Positions 36,596 to 47,073 of a stretch of DNA of 64,000 nt are shown here, one piece after another (the first letter of the stretch is position 1; each line of letters begins with the position of its first letter). The notes under the pieces are model-generated. The model had not been told where the DNA came from and made no database searches. It saw only the letters and a program-made list of their open reading frames with translations. Source of the DNA: Candidatus Angelobacter sp. GTDB taxonomy: Bacteria; Verrucomicrobiota; Verrucomicrobiia; Limisphaerales; DASXHY01. The stretch covers positions 65,142 through 129,141 of the forward strand of contig DATNEA010000082.1 of the NCBI GenBank assembly GCA_035606845.1. The letters are read 5' to 3'. Made by a program: the position numbers and the translations under genes.

Positions 36596-36883
36596 ATGGC
36601 AAAAGCCCTTTCAAAGTCCCAAATCGAATCCGCCCTGGCTGAGAAACACAGCATCACGAAGAAGCAAGCTGGCGAGATTCTCGCGTCCATTGCAGAGTTG
36701 GCTTACAAGAACGCAAAGAACACCTTCACACTGCCTGGACTGGGCAAGCTCGTGCTGGTCAATCGCAAAGCCCGCATGGGTCGCAACCCCGCCACTGGAG
36801 AAACAATTAAGATTGCTGCCAAGCGCGTGGTCAAATTCCGCGTGGCCAAAGCCGCCAAGGACGCGATCCTCGGAACAAAGTAA
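36596..36883 (+). CDS. hup: HU/IHF-family nucleoid-associated DNA-binding protein
   Basis: LSKSQIESALAEKHSITKKQAGEILASIAELAYKNAK...LPGLGKLVLVNRKARMGRNPATGETIKIAAKRVVKFRVAKAAKDA is the canonical HU fold sequence, including the R-x-G-R-N-P-x-T-G arm. Confidence 0.9.
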   Translation: MAKALSKSQIESALAEKHSITKKQAGEILASIAELAYKNAKNTFTLPGLGKLVLVNRKARMGRNPATGETIKIAAKRVVKFRVAKAAKDAILGTK

Positions 36884-36896
36884 TTCTCCGACAGAA

Positions 36897-36928
36897 AAAG
36901 GCGTTCTGATTATTTTCAGAGCGCCTTT
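36897..36928. terminator. bidirectional intrinsic terminator between HU and the helicase gene
   Basis: aaaggcgttctga (36897-36909) pairs with tcagagcgccttt (36916-36928). The stem is 13 bp with one G-U pair and a 6-nt loop, with A-run and T-run flanks. Confidence 0.7.
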
Positions 36929-36950
36929 TAATTTCCTGCAGTGGCTTTTG

Positions 36951-39569
36951 TCACGTCAGGCTTCCGATTCGACGCAATCGTAAAAATGGTTCGCCTGATT
37001 TTCGTGATTCGGCGAGATCAACTTCGAATTCCGCGACCCAATCGTTGTCGCCTTCAGGATCCACGAGCATTTGTTGTACTCGCCAGGATTTTTTGTCCTC
37101 TGTTGGTGTGACATACGTATGGCGTACATTCCGCGCGTTTGGATCGAGACAAAGATGATCGTGATCGATCAAATACGCTTCCATCGATTGTTTCAAACGG
37201 GCAGCGGTCCATGGTTGGCCGTCAGGATCCACGAGTGAATTGAGGTTGGCGATCGCTTGTTCGAAGTCCGCTATCACCAATCCACGCAGGAAAATAAAGA
37301 TGCGGTTTCGGATCGTGGCGGTAAACGCCTTCACGTCTCGTGTAATGTCGGCGGCGGCTTCTTCCGCTCCGGGAGGGCGAATTTCTTTCGCCATGGTCGC
37401 CTGATAGTTTGGGTCGCGCATTTTTTCCCATTCTTCGAGCAAGCTGGAGTCGACCTGTCGAATCATGCTTCCCAAATAAACTTCCATTTCGCGGACTTGA
37501 TCGTTCTTAGCTGAATCGGGCACAGTTTGCGCAAGGACTTTGAACACGCTGTTCAAATGCCGCAACAGGACTCCCTCCGCGCGTTGTAATTCGTGGAGTT
37601 TGATATAATCGCTGAACGAGCGAAACTCCTCGAACATCTCGCGCACAATTGATTTAGGACGGATATTTTCCTGGCCCACCCAAGGATGGCGCGCGGCGAA
37701 TTCATTGAAGGTGGAATACACAAATTCGCGATTTGGTTTCGGATGTTCCAGCTTCTCGAGTTCTTCCATGCGCTGATCGTACTCGGTGCCTTCCATCTTC
37801 ATCTCCGCCATCTTCTGGTCTTTCACCTTGTCGAGTTGTTTTCGCAGGATGATATCCGGATCCTCAAGGATGGATTCTACGAGCGTCAGCAGCACCAACG
37901 CATAGTCCGGCGCTTGAGGATCCATCAGCGGCAAAGTATCCAACAGGTAGAGCGACAACGCTTGATCCATCGAAAAATCATCCTGCAGATCTACATTGAC
38001 GCGCAGATAGCTGCCGTCCTCGGTCTTTGGGATGAATTCCACAATTTTGCGATCGATCAATGATCGGAATAACTGCCAGGCCCGATCGACGTGAGCCTTT
38101 TTCTGTTTCGGTGTCTCATGGCAATCGCGAATCAACTTCTGCATCGCCGTGCAGCCATTTCCTTTTCTGCTCAAAACATTCAGCAACATCCCGTGCGTCA
38201 CCTGGAATCGGGAAGTCAGTCGTTCGGGCGGCGCACTGATCAGCCGCAAGAACGTATTCTTATCCCAATTGACGAAATTTTTTCCGGGCGGCTGGCGCTT
38301 TACGGTTTTCTTGCCGTCACGCGCGGATTTTTCTGCCAACTTCAGATTCTCGATCACGTGCTCCGGCGCCTGCGCGACGACCCAGCCTTTGTCATCAAAT
38401 CCTTTCCGCCCGGCGCGTCCGCCAATCTGGTGAAAATCCCGCGCGCTCAAGATAACTGTTTTTTGCCCGTCATACTTGCATAGCCGCGTGAACAAGACCG
38501 TTCGGATGGGTACATTGATGCCAACGCCCAATGTGTCGGTGCCGCAGATGACCTTGAGCAGCCCTTTCTGCGCCAATTGTTCGACCAGCACGCGGTATTT
38601 AGGCAACAAGCCGGCGTGGTGCAAACCAATGCCGTGCCGAAGCCATTTTTTTATTTCCGGACCGTAGGGGCTGGAAAATTTGAATCCTTCGAGCGTGTTC
38701 CCGATGGCCGCCTTTTCATCGCGACTGCAAACGTTGATGCTCGTGAAATCCTGCGCGCTTTGTGCCGCCTCCAATTGCGTGAAGTGGACGACATACACGG
38801 GCGCTTTGCCATCCGCGATCAGGCTTTCAAGTGTCTTGGTCAGCGGTAATTCAGAATAAGCGTGCTCCAACGGAACGGGACGATCCGCGGAAGTCACCGT
38901 AACGGTAAGTCGGCCGGTCAAGCGCGTGAGATCCTCCTCGAAAAACGTCGTGTCACCAAGTGTGGCGGACATTAAAAGAAAGCGCGTTTGCGGCAGCGTC
39001 AATAATGGCACCTGCCAGGCCACACCACGCTCGCGGTCAGCGTAATAATGAAATTCATCCATCACCACGTGCTGCACGTTCCCCGCCGCGCCTTCGCGCA
39101 ACGAGATGTTGGCTAGAATTTCCGCCGTGCAACATAAGATAGGCGCGTCACGATTGACGGTCGCATCGCCAGTGCTGAGTCCCACGTTGTCCGGGCCGAA
39201 TTCCCTGCAGAGCGCCATAAATTTTTCATTCACGAGCGCTTTGATCGGACAAGTGTAAACGGAGCGCTGTCCTCTCGCGATGGCTTGAAAATGCAGCGCC
39301 GTAGCTACGAGCGATTTTCCTGAGCCGGTCGGAGTATTGAGGATGACGTTCTTCTCTTCGAACAATTCAAGAATCGCCGCTTCCTGCGCGGGATAAAGTT
39401 GAAGCTGCCGCCCGGCTGCGTAGTCGAGAAAACGATCCAGCAAAAGATCGTTGCCGATTTTCTCATCGCGCGGAATCAATTCGTAAAGCGTCGCTGCCAC
39501 AATCAAGACTACTGTTCCGGTGAACGGCTGAGAAGAAAGATCAGCGCCGACGCCGTTCGGAGTTCTCAT
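36951..39569 (-). CDS. DEAD/DEAH-box (Ski2-like) helicase with a long C-terminal extension (DUF3516-type)
   Basis: Motif [10 protein letters not shown], motif II VMDEFHY, motif III SATLG, and [14 protein letters not shown], which is typical of Ski2/HelY-like helicases. About 400 aa of C-terminal helical region. Confidence 0.85.
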   Translation of the reverse strand: MRTPNGVGADLSSQPFTGTVVLIVAATLYELIPRDEKIGNDLLLDRFLDYAAGRQLQLYPAQEAAILELFEEKNVILNTPTGSGKSLVATALHFQAIARGQRSVYTCPIKALVNEKFMALCREFGPDNVGLSTGDATVNRDAPILCCTAEILANISLREGAAGNVQHVVMDEFHYYADRERGVAWQVPLLTLPQTRFLLMSATLGDTTFFEEDLTRLTGRLTVTVTSADRPVPLEHAYSELPLTKTLESLIADGKAPVYVVHFTQLEAAQSAQDFTSINVCSRDEKAAIGNTLEGFKFSSPYGPEIKKWLRHGIGLHHAGLLPKYRVLVEQLAQKGLLKVICGTDTLGVGINVPIRTVLFTRLCKYDGQKTVILSARDFHQIGGRAGRKGFDDKGWVVAQAPEHVIENLKLAEKSARDGKKTVKRQPPGKNFVNWDKNTFLRLISAPPERLTSRFQVTHGMLLNVLSRKGNGCTAMQKLIRDCHETPKQKKAHVDRAWQLFRSLIDRKIVEFIPKTEDGSYLRVNVDLQDDFSMDQALSLYLLDTLPLMDPQAPDYALVLLTLVESILEDPDIILRKQLDKVKDQKMAEMKMEGTEYDQRMEELEKLEHPKPNREFVYSTFNEFAARHPWVGQENIRPKSIVREMFEEFRSFSDYIKLHELQRAEGVLLRHLNSVFKVLAQTVPDSAKNDQVREMEVYLGSMIRQVDSSLLEEWEKMRDPNYQATMAKEIRPPGAEEAAADITRDVKAFTATIRNRIFIFLRGLVIADFEQAIANLNSLVDPDGQPWTAARLKQSMEAYLIDHDHLCLDPNARNVRHTYVTPTEDKKSWRVQQMLVDPEGDNDWVAEFEVDLAESRKSGEPFLRLRRIGSLT

Positions 39570-39597
39570 CGAGTCTCCCTTGCATTATATTCGGACG

Positions 39598-42500
39598 ATG
39601 TCGATTGAGCTGACTGAGAAACTTTTGGGCGATGCCGCGGGCTGGGATGTGATGAAATTCGCCCGGGCGTCATTGGCTCAAGGCCAGGTCATTAGTTCCC
39701 ATTGGGCGCCTCCATTGTTACGCGGTGTGGTGCAGTCTGGCGGCAATTCGATTCGGGCGTCCATGGTTATTAAAAGCAGCAGCGACATTGACAATCTCTG
39801 CACCTGCCGTGAAGCGCGGGAGTGGGGGAAGATTTGTGCCCACGGTGTGGCCGTGGGTTTGCATTGGTTGAACGCCCAAAAAAAAGAAGCCGCCACCGAG
39901 CCCACACTAACGAAGATCGCCGCCAAAAAAACTCCGTCGTTGGTGCGCTCCGCTGAAGGTGAACCTGCCGAACTCTTTTTCATTCTCCCGCCAAATTTTG
40001 ACCAGGCAGCCGCTCGTGGCCGGGTCATGCTCGTCATTGAAGCCAAGTGGGGTGGGGGACGATGTCCGCTCAGTGCCTTGCCGAAGGGCCGCCCTTTCGC
40101 GTTTTCCGCGCAAGATAATGCGATTCTCGACGCTATGGAAAAGTGGACGGACGGCGAAACTCCCGCGGTCCTCCAGCTCGAAACCAAAGATTTTGCCTCC
40201 TTGCTCCCGACGCTTACTGGACATCCCAACATTACCCTCGGCAAATCGAGCGAAGTCACCGTCACCAACAAGCCATTCGCGTTACCTCTGCGCGCTACGT
40301 TGGAAAAGAACGGCGAAATTACGGTTGCATTGAAGGAAAAGACAACCGCGCTTGCTATGGTTGGGAATTGGGTTTGGCGAAATTCAACCCTGCAACCACT
40401 CGCGCTGCCGCCTTCGCTAAAAGATCTCTTGCGTGGTCCTGCGCGCGTGACACGGGCGGAAGTGCCGGCATTTCTCAGTCAATGGCCGCAGATGCAAGCA
40501 ACCAGTGCGGTGGAAGCAAACTTCAAGCTCGATGATTTTACGCTGAAACCCCAAGCCCCGCGTTTCCTGCTTGAACTCAAAGGCGGTCTCGCGCAATTGA
40601 CCGCGCGCATTCAATGTTCTTACGGCTCGCGCATTATGACTCTCGGCGTGACCGATACCGACGAGGCCGTCTGGCTGCCCGATCCGGACGCGCCCACGCG
40701 TTATTCCACTCGTGACGTCAGCGCTGAACGCGCGGCGCTCGCGCGATTGCAACGCCAGGGATTTTCCGCGCCCGATAGTTCGGGAAAGTTGCAATTGCTC
40801 GGGCAGAACGCGGTCTTGAACTTTCTTGCCCGCGAATTCACGAAGCTCCAACGCGAATGGACCGTCACGCTGGACGAACAACTAGAGAATCGCACCCTCC
40901 GGAATATTGAACGCGTCGAGCCGCAGTTCCAAATCACTCCGTCAGGCGTGCAGTGGTTTGATCTCGGCGTGGTGTTTGCCACGAGCAGCGGTGAGACTTT
41001 TTCTGCCGCAGAAATTCAACGGTTGATTCTCTCCGGTCAAAGTCATACTCGTTCCAAGGGCGGCAAGACGGTGGTGATCGACACTGGCGCAGTTGAGGAA
41101 TTGCAGGAAGTGTTGCTGGATTGTGCGCCGCAACAACACACGCAGGGTTATCGCATGAGCAATACTCAGGCTGGTTTTCTAGAGGCCACGTTGCGTCAGC
41201 ACACGAACTGGAAAGTCCAGGCGCCGGCGGCATGGCGTGATCGTGCCTCCCGGCAGAGCGGCGAGGCGAAACTCGAGTGCCCTCCGCTGGGAAATCTGGA
41301 ATCGGTGCTGCGCCCTTATCAAAAACAAGGTGTGGCGTGGCTTCAGTTTCTGCGTGAGAACGGTTTTGGCGGCATTCTGGCGGATGAAATGGGGTTGGGC
41401 AAAACGCTCCAAACGCTGGCTTTCCTTCGCGTCGTCCGCGAGAAACAGCCCGACGCCGCGCCGATGTTGATTGTTTGTCCGACCAGTCTCGTCTTCAACT
41501 GGCTGGCGGAGGCGAAGAAGTTTACGGCTGAACTCAAGGTGCTTGCACTGCATGGGCCGGACCGGCATACGGCGTTTGCCCGAATTAGTCGAAGCGATAT
41601 TGTCATCACGAGTTATTCGCTGGCCCGTCGCGACGCAGAACGTTACCGCGATTTTGAATTCGATACCGTGGTTCTCGATGAGGCGCAACACATCAAAAAT
41701 CGGCAAACTCAAAACGCGCAAGCCGTTAAAGCAGTGAAGTCCCGGCATCGCCTTGTCCTCACGGGCACCCCGCTGGAAAATTCCGTGCTAGATCTCTGGT
41801 CCATCTTTGATTTTCTCATGCCCGGTTACCTCGGGACCGCCAAGGATTTTCGCGAACGTTACGAATTACCCATCGCCAAAGCCAAAGACGCTTCCGCACA
41901 GCAGCGATTGGCCCGCCGGTTGCGCCCCTTCCTGCTCCGGCGATTGAAAAAAGATGTCGCTGCCGACCTTCCCGTGAGAATCGAGCAAGTTTCTTTTGCC
42001 GAATTGACACCGGAACAGCGCGGCGTGTACCAGCAAGTCATTGAAGCCAGTCGCAAGGAAGTCCTGGAGGCCGTCGGCGCTCAAGGACTGGCAAAAAGCC
42101 GAATCGTCGTCCTCACCGCACTTCTGCGATTGCGACAGGTGTGTTGCGATTTGCGCTTGTTGAATCTAGAGAACGCCGACCCCGCCACGGCCTCCGGCAA
42201 ACTGGAGATATTTGGCGAGCTGTTGGAAGAAGCTATCGATGGTGGACATCGTGTGCTCGTCTTTAGCCAGTTTGTAAAAATGCTGACGTTGTTGAAAGAG
42301 AAGCTTACCGCCGACGATATTGAATATTGTTACCTCGACGGTTCGACTGCTAACCGAGGCGCGGTGGTGGAACAATTTCAGAACAGCTCCATTCCCGTTT
42401 TCCTCATCAGCCTCAAAGCGGGTGGGGTGGGATTAAATCTGACGGGCGCGGATACCGTGATTCATTTCGATCCGTGGTGGAATCCAGCCGTGGAAGACCA

Positions 42501-42696
42501 GGCGACCGATCGCGCGCACCGCATCGGCCAAACCAAGGTGATCACTAGTTACAAACTTATCACTCGTGACACGGTGGAAGAAAAAATCCTGCTGCTGCAA
42601 AATCGCAAACGAGAAATCATTCAATCGACCATCAGCGGGGACGAGGCGTTCGCCGAAACGTTGAACTGGGATGAGATTCAGGAATTGCTCGCATAA
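39598..42696 (+). CDS. SNF2-family helicase/translocase with an N-terminal SWIM zinc finger
   Basis: SWIM CTCREAREWGKICAHGV. SNF2 motifs LADEMGLGKT, VLDEAQHIKN, LTGTPLEN and DPWWNPAVEDQATDRAHRIGQ. ATG 39598 is preferred over the track TTG at 39580. Confidence 0.9.
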   Translation: MSIELTEKLLGDAAGWDVMKFARASLAQGQVISSHWAPPLLRGVVQSGGNSIRASMVIKSSSDIDNLCTCREAREWGKICAHGVAVGLHWLNAQKKEAATEPTLTKIAAKKTPSLVRSAEGEPAELFFILPPNFDQAAARGRVMLVIEAKWGGGRCPLSALPKGRPFAFSAQDNAILDAMEKWTDGETPAVLQLETKDFASLLPTLTGHPNITLGKSSEVTVTNKPFALPLRATLEKNGEITVALKEKTTALAMVGNWVWRNSTLQPLALPPSLKDLLRGPARVTRAEVPAFLSQWPQMQATSAVEANFKLDDFTLKPQAPRFLLELKGGLAQLTARIQCSYGSRIMTLGVTDTDEAVWLPDPDAPTRYSTRDVSAERAALARLQRQGFSAPDSSGKLQLLGQNAVLNFLAREFTKLQREWTVTLDEQLENRTLRNIERVEPQFQITPSGVQWFDLGVVFATSSGETFSAAEIQRLILSGQSHTRSKGGKTVVIDTGAVEELQEVLLDCAPQQHTQGYRMSNTQAGFLEATLRQHTNWKVQAPAAWRDRASRQSGEAKLECPPLGNLESVLRPYQKQGVAWLQFLRENGFGGILADEMGLGKTLQTLAFLRVVREKQPDAAPMLIVCPTSLVFNWLAEAKKFTAELKVLALHGPDRHTAFARISRSDIVITSYSLARRDAERYRDFEFDTVVLDEAQHIKNRQTQNAQAVKAVKSRHRLVLTGTPLENSVLDLWSIFDFLMPGYLGTAKDFRERYELPIAKAKDASAQQRLARRLRPFLLRRLKKDVAADLPVRIEQVSFAELTPEQRGVYQQVIEASRKEVLEAVGAQGLAKSRIVVLTALLRLRQVCCDLRLLNLENADPATASGKLEIFGELLEEAIDGGHRVLVFSQFVKMLTLLKEKLTADDIEYCYLDGSTANRGAVVEQFQNSSIPVFLISLKAGGVGLNLTGADTVIHFDPWWNPAVEDQATDRAHRIGQTKVITSYKLITRDTVEEKILLLQNRKREIIQSTISGDEAFAETLNWDEIQELLA

Positions 42697-42715
42697 CCTG
42701 GCGACAACGATAGTC

Positions 42716-43426
42716 ATGACTTCTTTTACCTTACCTCCGGACTATGCCCGCGTTAAGCGCGTGCACAGTTTTCAGGAATTAATCACCACGCCTTTTGCCG
42801 ATGGCATCAATTGCTTCTGTTGGGAACGCACGTTATCTGGAGATTTCAGCGAAGTCGTAAAACACATTGCTATGCGGGAAGAAATCACCACTCTCGACGA
42901 GGCGCTTCTGCTGAGTCTTCCGGTGAGCGGAGCGGGCCGGCTGGCCGTTGAGCAACTTCTCGAAGATTATCGCCTGCTCAAGAATCACAATCTGGAACCC
43001 GCACTAAATTGCATTCGAGACTATCCTCGCGACGAAAATCCTGGGCCAGTGCGCACCGACGTTTTCTCCTTCCACGCCGACAGTGCCACTGTGGAGGCGG
43101 ACACCTACCTTTGCACTTATCACGGATCCGCGAGCGAGGGTTTGCGCAACCACGAGGCGCGCCGGCGCACAGATATTCCAGAAATTCGCGCCGAACTCCT
43201 AAAGCTTTTTGGCGGTAATGATGACGACGCCTTCCGCGAGTATCTGAAAGAAAATTGTTACGACCTCCATTATGCTCCCATTCCGTCGGCGCGATTTTTT
43301 TCCTTCGGAGTCGGTAATCTGTGGCGCATCGCAACGGACTATCCCGACTGTCCTGTTCCTCCGTGTATCCACCGCGCGCCCGAAACTCTACTCGGCGGAT
43401 CGCCGCGGCTGTTGCTGATCAGTTGA
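42716..43426 (+). CDS. hypothetical protein (236 aa)
   Basis: Clean ORF from ATG 42716 (MTSFTLPPDYARVKRVHSF...), 19 nt after the SNF2 stop. No domain recognised with confidence. Confidence 0.6.
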   Translation: MTSFTLPPDYARVKRVHSFQELITTPFADGINCFCWERTLSGDFSEVVKHIAMREEITTLDEALLLSLPVSGAGRLAVEQLLEDYRLLKNHNLEPALNCIRDYPRDENPGPVRTDVFSFHADSATVEADTYLCTYHGSASEGLRNHEARRRTDIPEIRAELLKLFGGNDDDAFREYLKENCYDLHYAPIPSARFFSFGVGNLWRIATDYPDCPVPPCIHRAPETLLGGSPRLLLIS

Positions 43427-43511
43427 AAAAATAGCAAGTAGATGTTGCTGATAACGTGTTTTCCTTCGTGCCGATGCGAAGCAGCCCAAACTGACGGCGC
43501 TCGACGAACTG

Positions 43512-43640
43512 GATTGACCCGGCCATGGACTCAACTCTTAACAATGCAGTGCCAAGTGGTTACAAGTGGGGCAGGGGAGGGCTTCAGTGAAAGCTTCAGT
43601 GTTTGTTGATCAATCAATGGCGGGCTTCTGTCGGTGCCTG
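43512..43640 (+). repeat. copy B of the tRNA-3-prime-end plus trailer repeat
   Basis: See copy A. It also shares 19 of 21 nt (cttcagtgaaagcttcagtgt) with the trailer of the real tRNA-Thr, at the same offset from cccggccat. Confidence 0.8.
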
Positions 43641-43857
43641 CCGGTCGGCACGCTCCGGGCTGCGGTTTTCTATGCGTTTCTTTTCCCCTCGGTTCCATTT
43701 TCTCCGCACACCACCCGAAGGCCGAAGCCTGATTCGGCATTGAACACAATTTGCGCGCAAGGGGGATTGGTGATATTGCTGTCCAAGCTATGATGCCAGA
43801 CTTGAAAGAAATGATTTGGCCAGAACCGAAGGATCATGCGATAGGAGGAAAAACTAA

Positions 43858-44070
43858 ATGAGCACTCCACTTGGATACGAGCGGAAATTTGCAGATTTCA
43901 TTAAACTTTGCTCGGACGCGAAAGCGAATGGCACGAGACAAATTGTTGTCGGATACCCTTGGGTCCTGGGCGATACCTACGAGGAACTGATCGAAAGCCT
44001 GTCCCGGTTAGCTGACGCCGGCTTGACCTTGCATATTGCCTCCCGAAAAGATTGGCCCAATCGGAATTAG
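43858..44070 (+). CDS. small hypothetical protein (70 aa)
   Basis: A strong SD (aggagg) lies about 10 nt upstream of the ATG. The composition is protein-like. Confidence 0.45.
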   Translation: MSTPLGYERKFADFIKLCSDAKANGTRQIVVGYPWVLGDTYEELIESLSRLADAGLTLHIASRKDWPNRN

Positions 44071-44447
44071 CCTCCGCAAACTTGCCTTTGCTTTTTGTTT
44101 TATGAACCAAAGCGCTTATTTCAAAAAGCTGTTCACCTTTTGGCCTGAATTTTCTAAACTTTGTCGCATAGACAACAATTGCCGAGCCGGCTATGTGTGC
44201 AGCGCACCCGTCCGTTTATGGAATGGACTCGGTAAATGCGTAGTTGTAAGGACCCAAAGCGGACCCTTTCTCCCCGGCCGGATCGCTGTTTTAAATCAAC
44301 CAAACGGCGGCGGTTTGGCTCCGCCAAACAAGCGATGAGTATTGGTTGCTTTGCGAAACGGTCTGCTCTCATTGTTCCGGCCAAACATACGGAAGGTGAT
44401 TTTGCATCCGCCACCAAAACGAGATGAAGCCTTCGGTGATGATCAGA

Positions 44448-45101
44448 TCATCCAGCCGTTCGCGCGCTCCCGCGAAACGATATAGCGGGTTGTCTTCGAT
44501 TATTCATACATTCAATCGTATTTTGTTTGTAATTCACGAAGGCGATTTTGATTAAATCTTCAGTTTGATTAGAATCCTCTAAATCCTCCGCATCTCGATA
44601 GTGTATGCGTTTGTGTCCCGCGACTATCACCGTTTCGAGGATGCAAAGCGCTTCTTCAATTATCCATCGAGCGCCCCGATCAAGTTTTTCCTGTTCAGTC
44701 AGTTTCGCATCTGCTCCCCCAGCCTCGGCGTAATACAGAAGAGCATTTTTTGCCTGCGGTTTCAGTTGAATTCTTGCGACCGCGACAGATTTAATGTGGG
44801 GCTGCTTAAAATCACGCAATTCTGCCGCTGCCTTTTCGAGTCTCTCTGCCATTTCAATGCGTGAAATCGGATCCATCGTTCGCGCCTGGGTGCTCATTGA
44901 ATCTGACATCCAATTCGGAATAGAAAATTCCGTATGAGGTTTTCTTTTGGAGGGCTTCGGATTCTTCATAGAATTTTGGAATTTAATGGAGTTGTCTGGT
45001 TGTCTTCTCGGCCTTCGAAGTGAGAGAAGCAAATCCAGATTGGCGGTGACAAGGCTGTTTCGAGAAAAAATCGGCGACTGCTTTCCTTCGTCTCGTTTCA
45101 C
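44448..45101 (-). CDS. hypothetical protein (up to 217 aa; start uncertain)
   Basis: Open frame directly downstream of the GNAT gene. The helical middle part is plausible. Internal Met starts are possible. Confidence 0.4.
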   Translation of the reverse strand: MKRDEGKQSPIFSRNSLVTANLDLLLSLRRPRRQPDNSIKFQNSMKNPKPSKRKPHTEFSIPNWMSDSMSTQARTMDPISRIEMAERLEKAAAELRDFKQPHIKSVAVARIQLKPQAKNALLYYAEAGGADAKLTEQEKLDRGARWIIEEALCILETVIVAGHKRIHYRDAEDLEDSNQTEDLIKIAFVNYKQNTIECMNNRRQPAISFRGSARTAG

Positions 45102-45108
45102 AAATGCC

Positions 45109-45738
45109 CTAGCTGCTATGCTTTATTTTGGTGACGCAGAAGTCTCTTTGAAATTGTATTAGAAATTTTGCAAATAACCTGGCCGTGTTGTTTTGGGGAA
45201 GTTGTGACAGATCACGTTGGAGGGGCAGATCGACTTTTAAAATTCCCTCGGCCTGGAATTTTTCATGCGCACCAAGATGGCGAAGCCACGAGACGATCTT
45301 CGTGTTTTCAGCCAAGACAACCGCCTGAAGAGTCTGGATTCCCCGTGCCAGCGCCATCAGATATAGAACCGCCAGCAAGGCGGTCCCCAGCCCTCGCCCT
45401 TGAAAGGCGTCAATGACAGCGAAGGCAACCTCCGCCGTTGTGGAGCGTTCTTTCATTCGAACAAAGCGAGCAATGCCGATTCCAGGAAGGCCTATGCTCG
45501 ATGCGTCCAAAGCTATCCAAGCGACATGGTTTTTCTGATCCACTTCCGTGAAATAGCGCAACTGTTCCTCGCTAAGTCCGCGCACAGGAGAAAAGAAGCG
45601 CCGATAGCGCGATTCGGAGGACATCTGGAGAAGGCCCGACTGGAGTCGGTTGCGATCCTCCCGCAGCACGGGTCGCAGTATTACGGGCGTGCTGTCTCTC
45701 AACCGAATAGAAAGTTGAATTATTTCTGCGTTGTGCAT
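45109..45738 (-). CDS. GNAT-family N-acetyltransferase
   Basis: The acetyl-CoA binding motif region VIDAFQGRGLGTALL (Q/R-x-x-G-x-G/A) sits in a GNAT-sized protein. Confidence 0.8.
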   Translation of the reverse strand: MHNAEIIQLSIRLRDSTPVILRPVLREDRNRLQSGLLQMSSESRYRRFFSPVRGLSEEQLRYFTEVDQKNHVAWIALDASSIGLPGIGIARFVRMKERSTTAEVAFAVIDAFQGRGLGTALLAVLYLMALARGIQTLQAVVLAENTKIVSWLRHLGAHEKFQAEGILKVDLPLQRDLSQLPQNNTARLFAKFLIQFQRDFCVTKIKHSS

Positions 45739-45768
45739 GGCGTGTCAGGAGAAATTATTTTGACCGCT

Positions 45769-47073
45769 TCATCTGTCCCTGGCGGGCATTACGAGCACCT
45801 TGTCCACGCGGTGCCTGTCCATATCAAGAATTTCGAAAACGTAGCCCTGCGTCTCAAAAGCCTCACCCTCCTTCGGCACATGGTCCAGATGTTTTACTAC
45901 AAAGCCGGCGAGCGTCTGGTAATCCTTGCTTTCTTCGTCGCCAAAGGTCAGTCCCGGCAGAATCTTCTCCAGCTTCTCGATTTCAATCATCGCGTCAATG
46001 AGCCAGGAGCCGTCCTGCCGCCGCTTCGCTTGTGGCTGGAGACGCTTTTCGGGCGAAGGGAAATCGCCGATAATGGCCTCCATGACATCCTGGAATGTCA
46101 CCAGGCCGACAATGCCGCCATATTCATCCGTCACCAGGGCGATATGCTCCCCGGTCTGCTTGAACGTTTCGAGCAATTGAATGACGGTTTGCGTCGCCGG
46201 CACGACCAACGGTTGGGTCATCAGGTCGGATATTTTAGGTGTCACACCCGTGGCGAGATTCGCATAAATCGCTTTGACTGAGATAATGCCTTTGATCTTA
46301 TTCCGACTTCCCTCATAGACGGGGAAAAAGGAATGCGAACTTGTTACGATTTTCCGCCAGACCGCTTCGTGCGTTTCATCGCGATGCAACCCGATTATTT
46401 TGGCTCGAGGCGTCATGATGTCGCGCACCATCAACTGATCGAGTTCAAGGGCGCTGCTGACAATCTGGGTTTCCACTTTGTTGAACGCCCCGGATCGTAC
46501 GCCTTCCTGCATCAGCACTTTCACGTCCTCCTCGATGACAGTTGCTGGTTTTACTTGCCTGAAGCCCAACATTCGTAGCGACGCGTCGGTCGAGGCACCC
46601 ACAAAACTGACCAAAGGTCCGACGATGACTGAAAGCTTTTGCATGGGTTTTGCCATGAACATCGCGATGCGCTCTGGATTGTTCAGCCCAATTCGCTTCG
46701 GAACCAACTCGCCAAGTACGAGGGAAAAATACGTGATGGCAATGACCACAATAGCAAGGCCAATTGCCTCGCCGTAGGGAGCAAGCGCCGGAAGCGCCTG
46801 CAACGCGTCTCGAATCTTCTCCGCGATCGTGGCGCCGCCGAATGCGCCGGCCATGATTCCGACCAAGGTAATGCCGATTTGCACCGTGGAAAGAAATCGA
46901 GTGGGCGAGTGGAGTAGTTCGAGCGCCACTCGGGCTCGTTCGTCGCCCTGATCGGCGAAGCGTTTAAGTCGCAGCCTCCGGGCAGAAACCACGGCAATTT
47001 CGGTCATGGCAAAAACGCCATTGAGCGCGAGCAGAATGAAAATGGCGACGACTTCAATGATGATGCTAGTCAT
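45769..47073 (-). CDS. CNNM/CorC-HlyC family protein (DUF21 TM domain, CBS pair, CorC_HlyC)
   Basis: The N-terminal DUF21 has LLALNGVFAMTEIAVVSAR. The CBS region has VRDIMTPR. The C-terminus has DGSWLIDAMIEIEKLEKIL ... FEILDMDRHRVDKVLV. Confidence 0.85.
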   Translation of the reverse strand: MTSIIIEVVAIFILLALNGVFAMTEIAVVSARRLRLKRFADQGDERARVALELLHSPTRFLSTVQIGITLVGIMAGAFGGATIAEKIRDALQALPALAPYGEAIGLAIVVIAITYFSLVLGELVPKRIGLNNPERIAMFMAKPMQKLSVIVGPLVSFVGASTDASLRMLGFRQVKPATVIEEDVKVLMQEGVRSGAFNKVETQIVSSALELDQLMVRDIMTPRAKIIGLHRDETHEAVWRKIVTSSHSFFPVYEGSRNKIKGIISVKAIYANLATGVTPKISDLMTQPLVVPATQTVIQLLETFKQTGEHIALVTDEYGGIVGLVTFQDVMEAIIGDFPSPEKRLQPQAKRRQDGSWLIDAMIEIEKLEKILPGLTFGDEESKDYQTLAGFVVKHLDHVPKEGEAFETQGYVFEILDMDRHRVDKVLVMPARDR

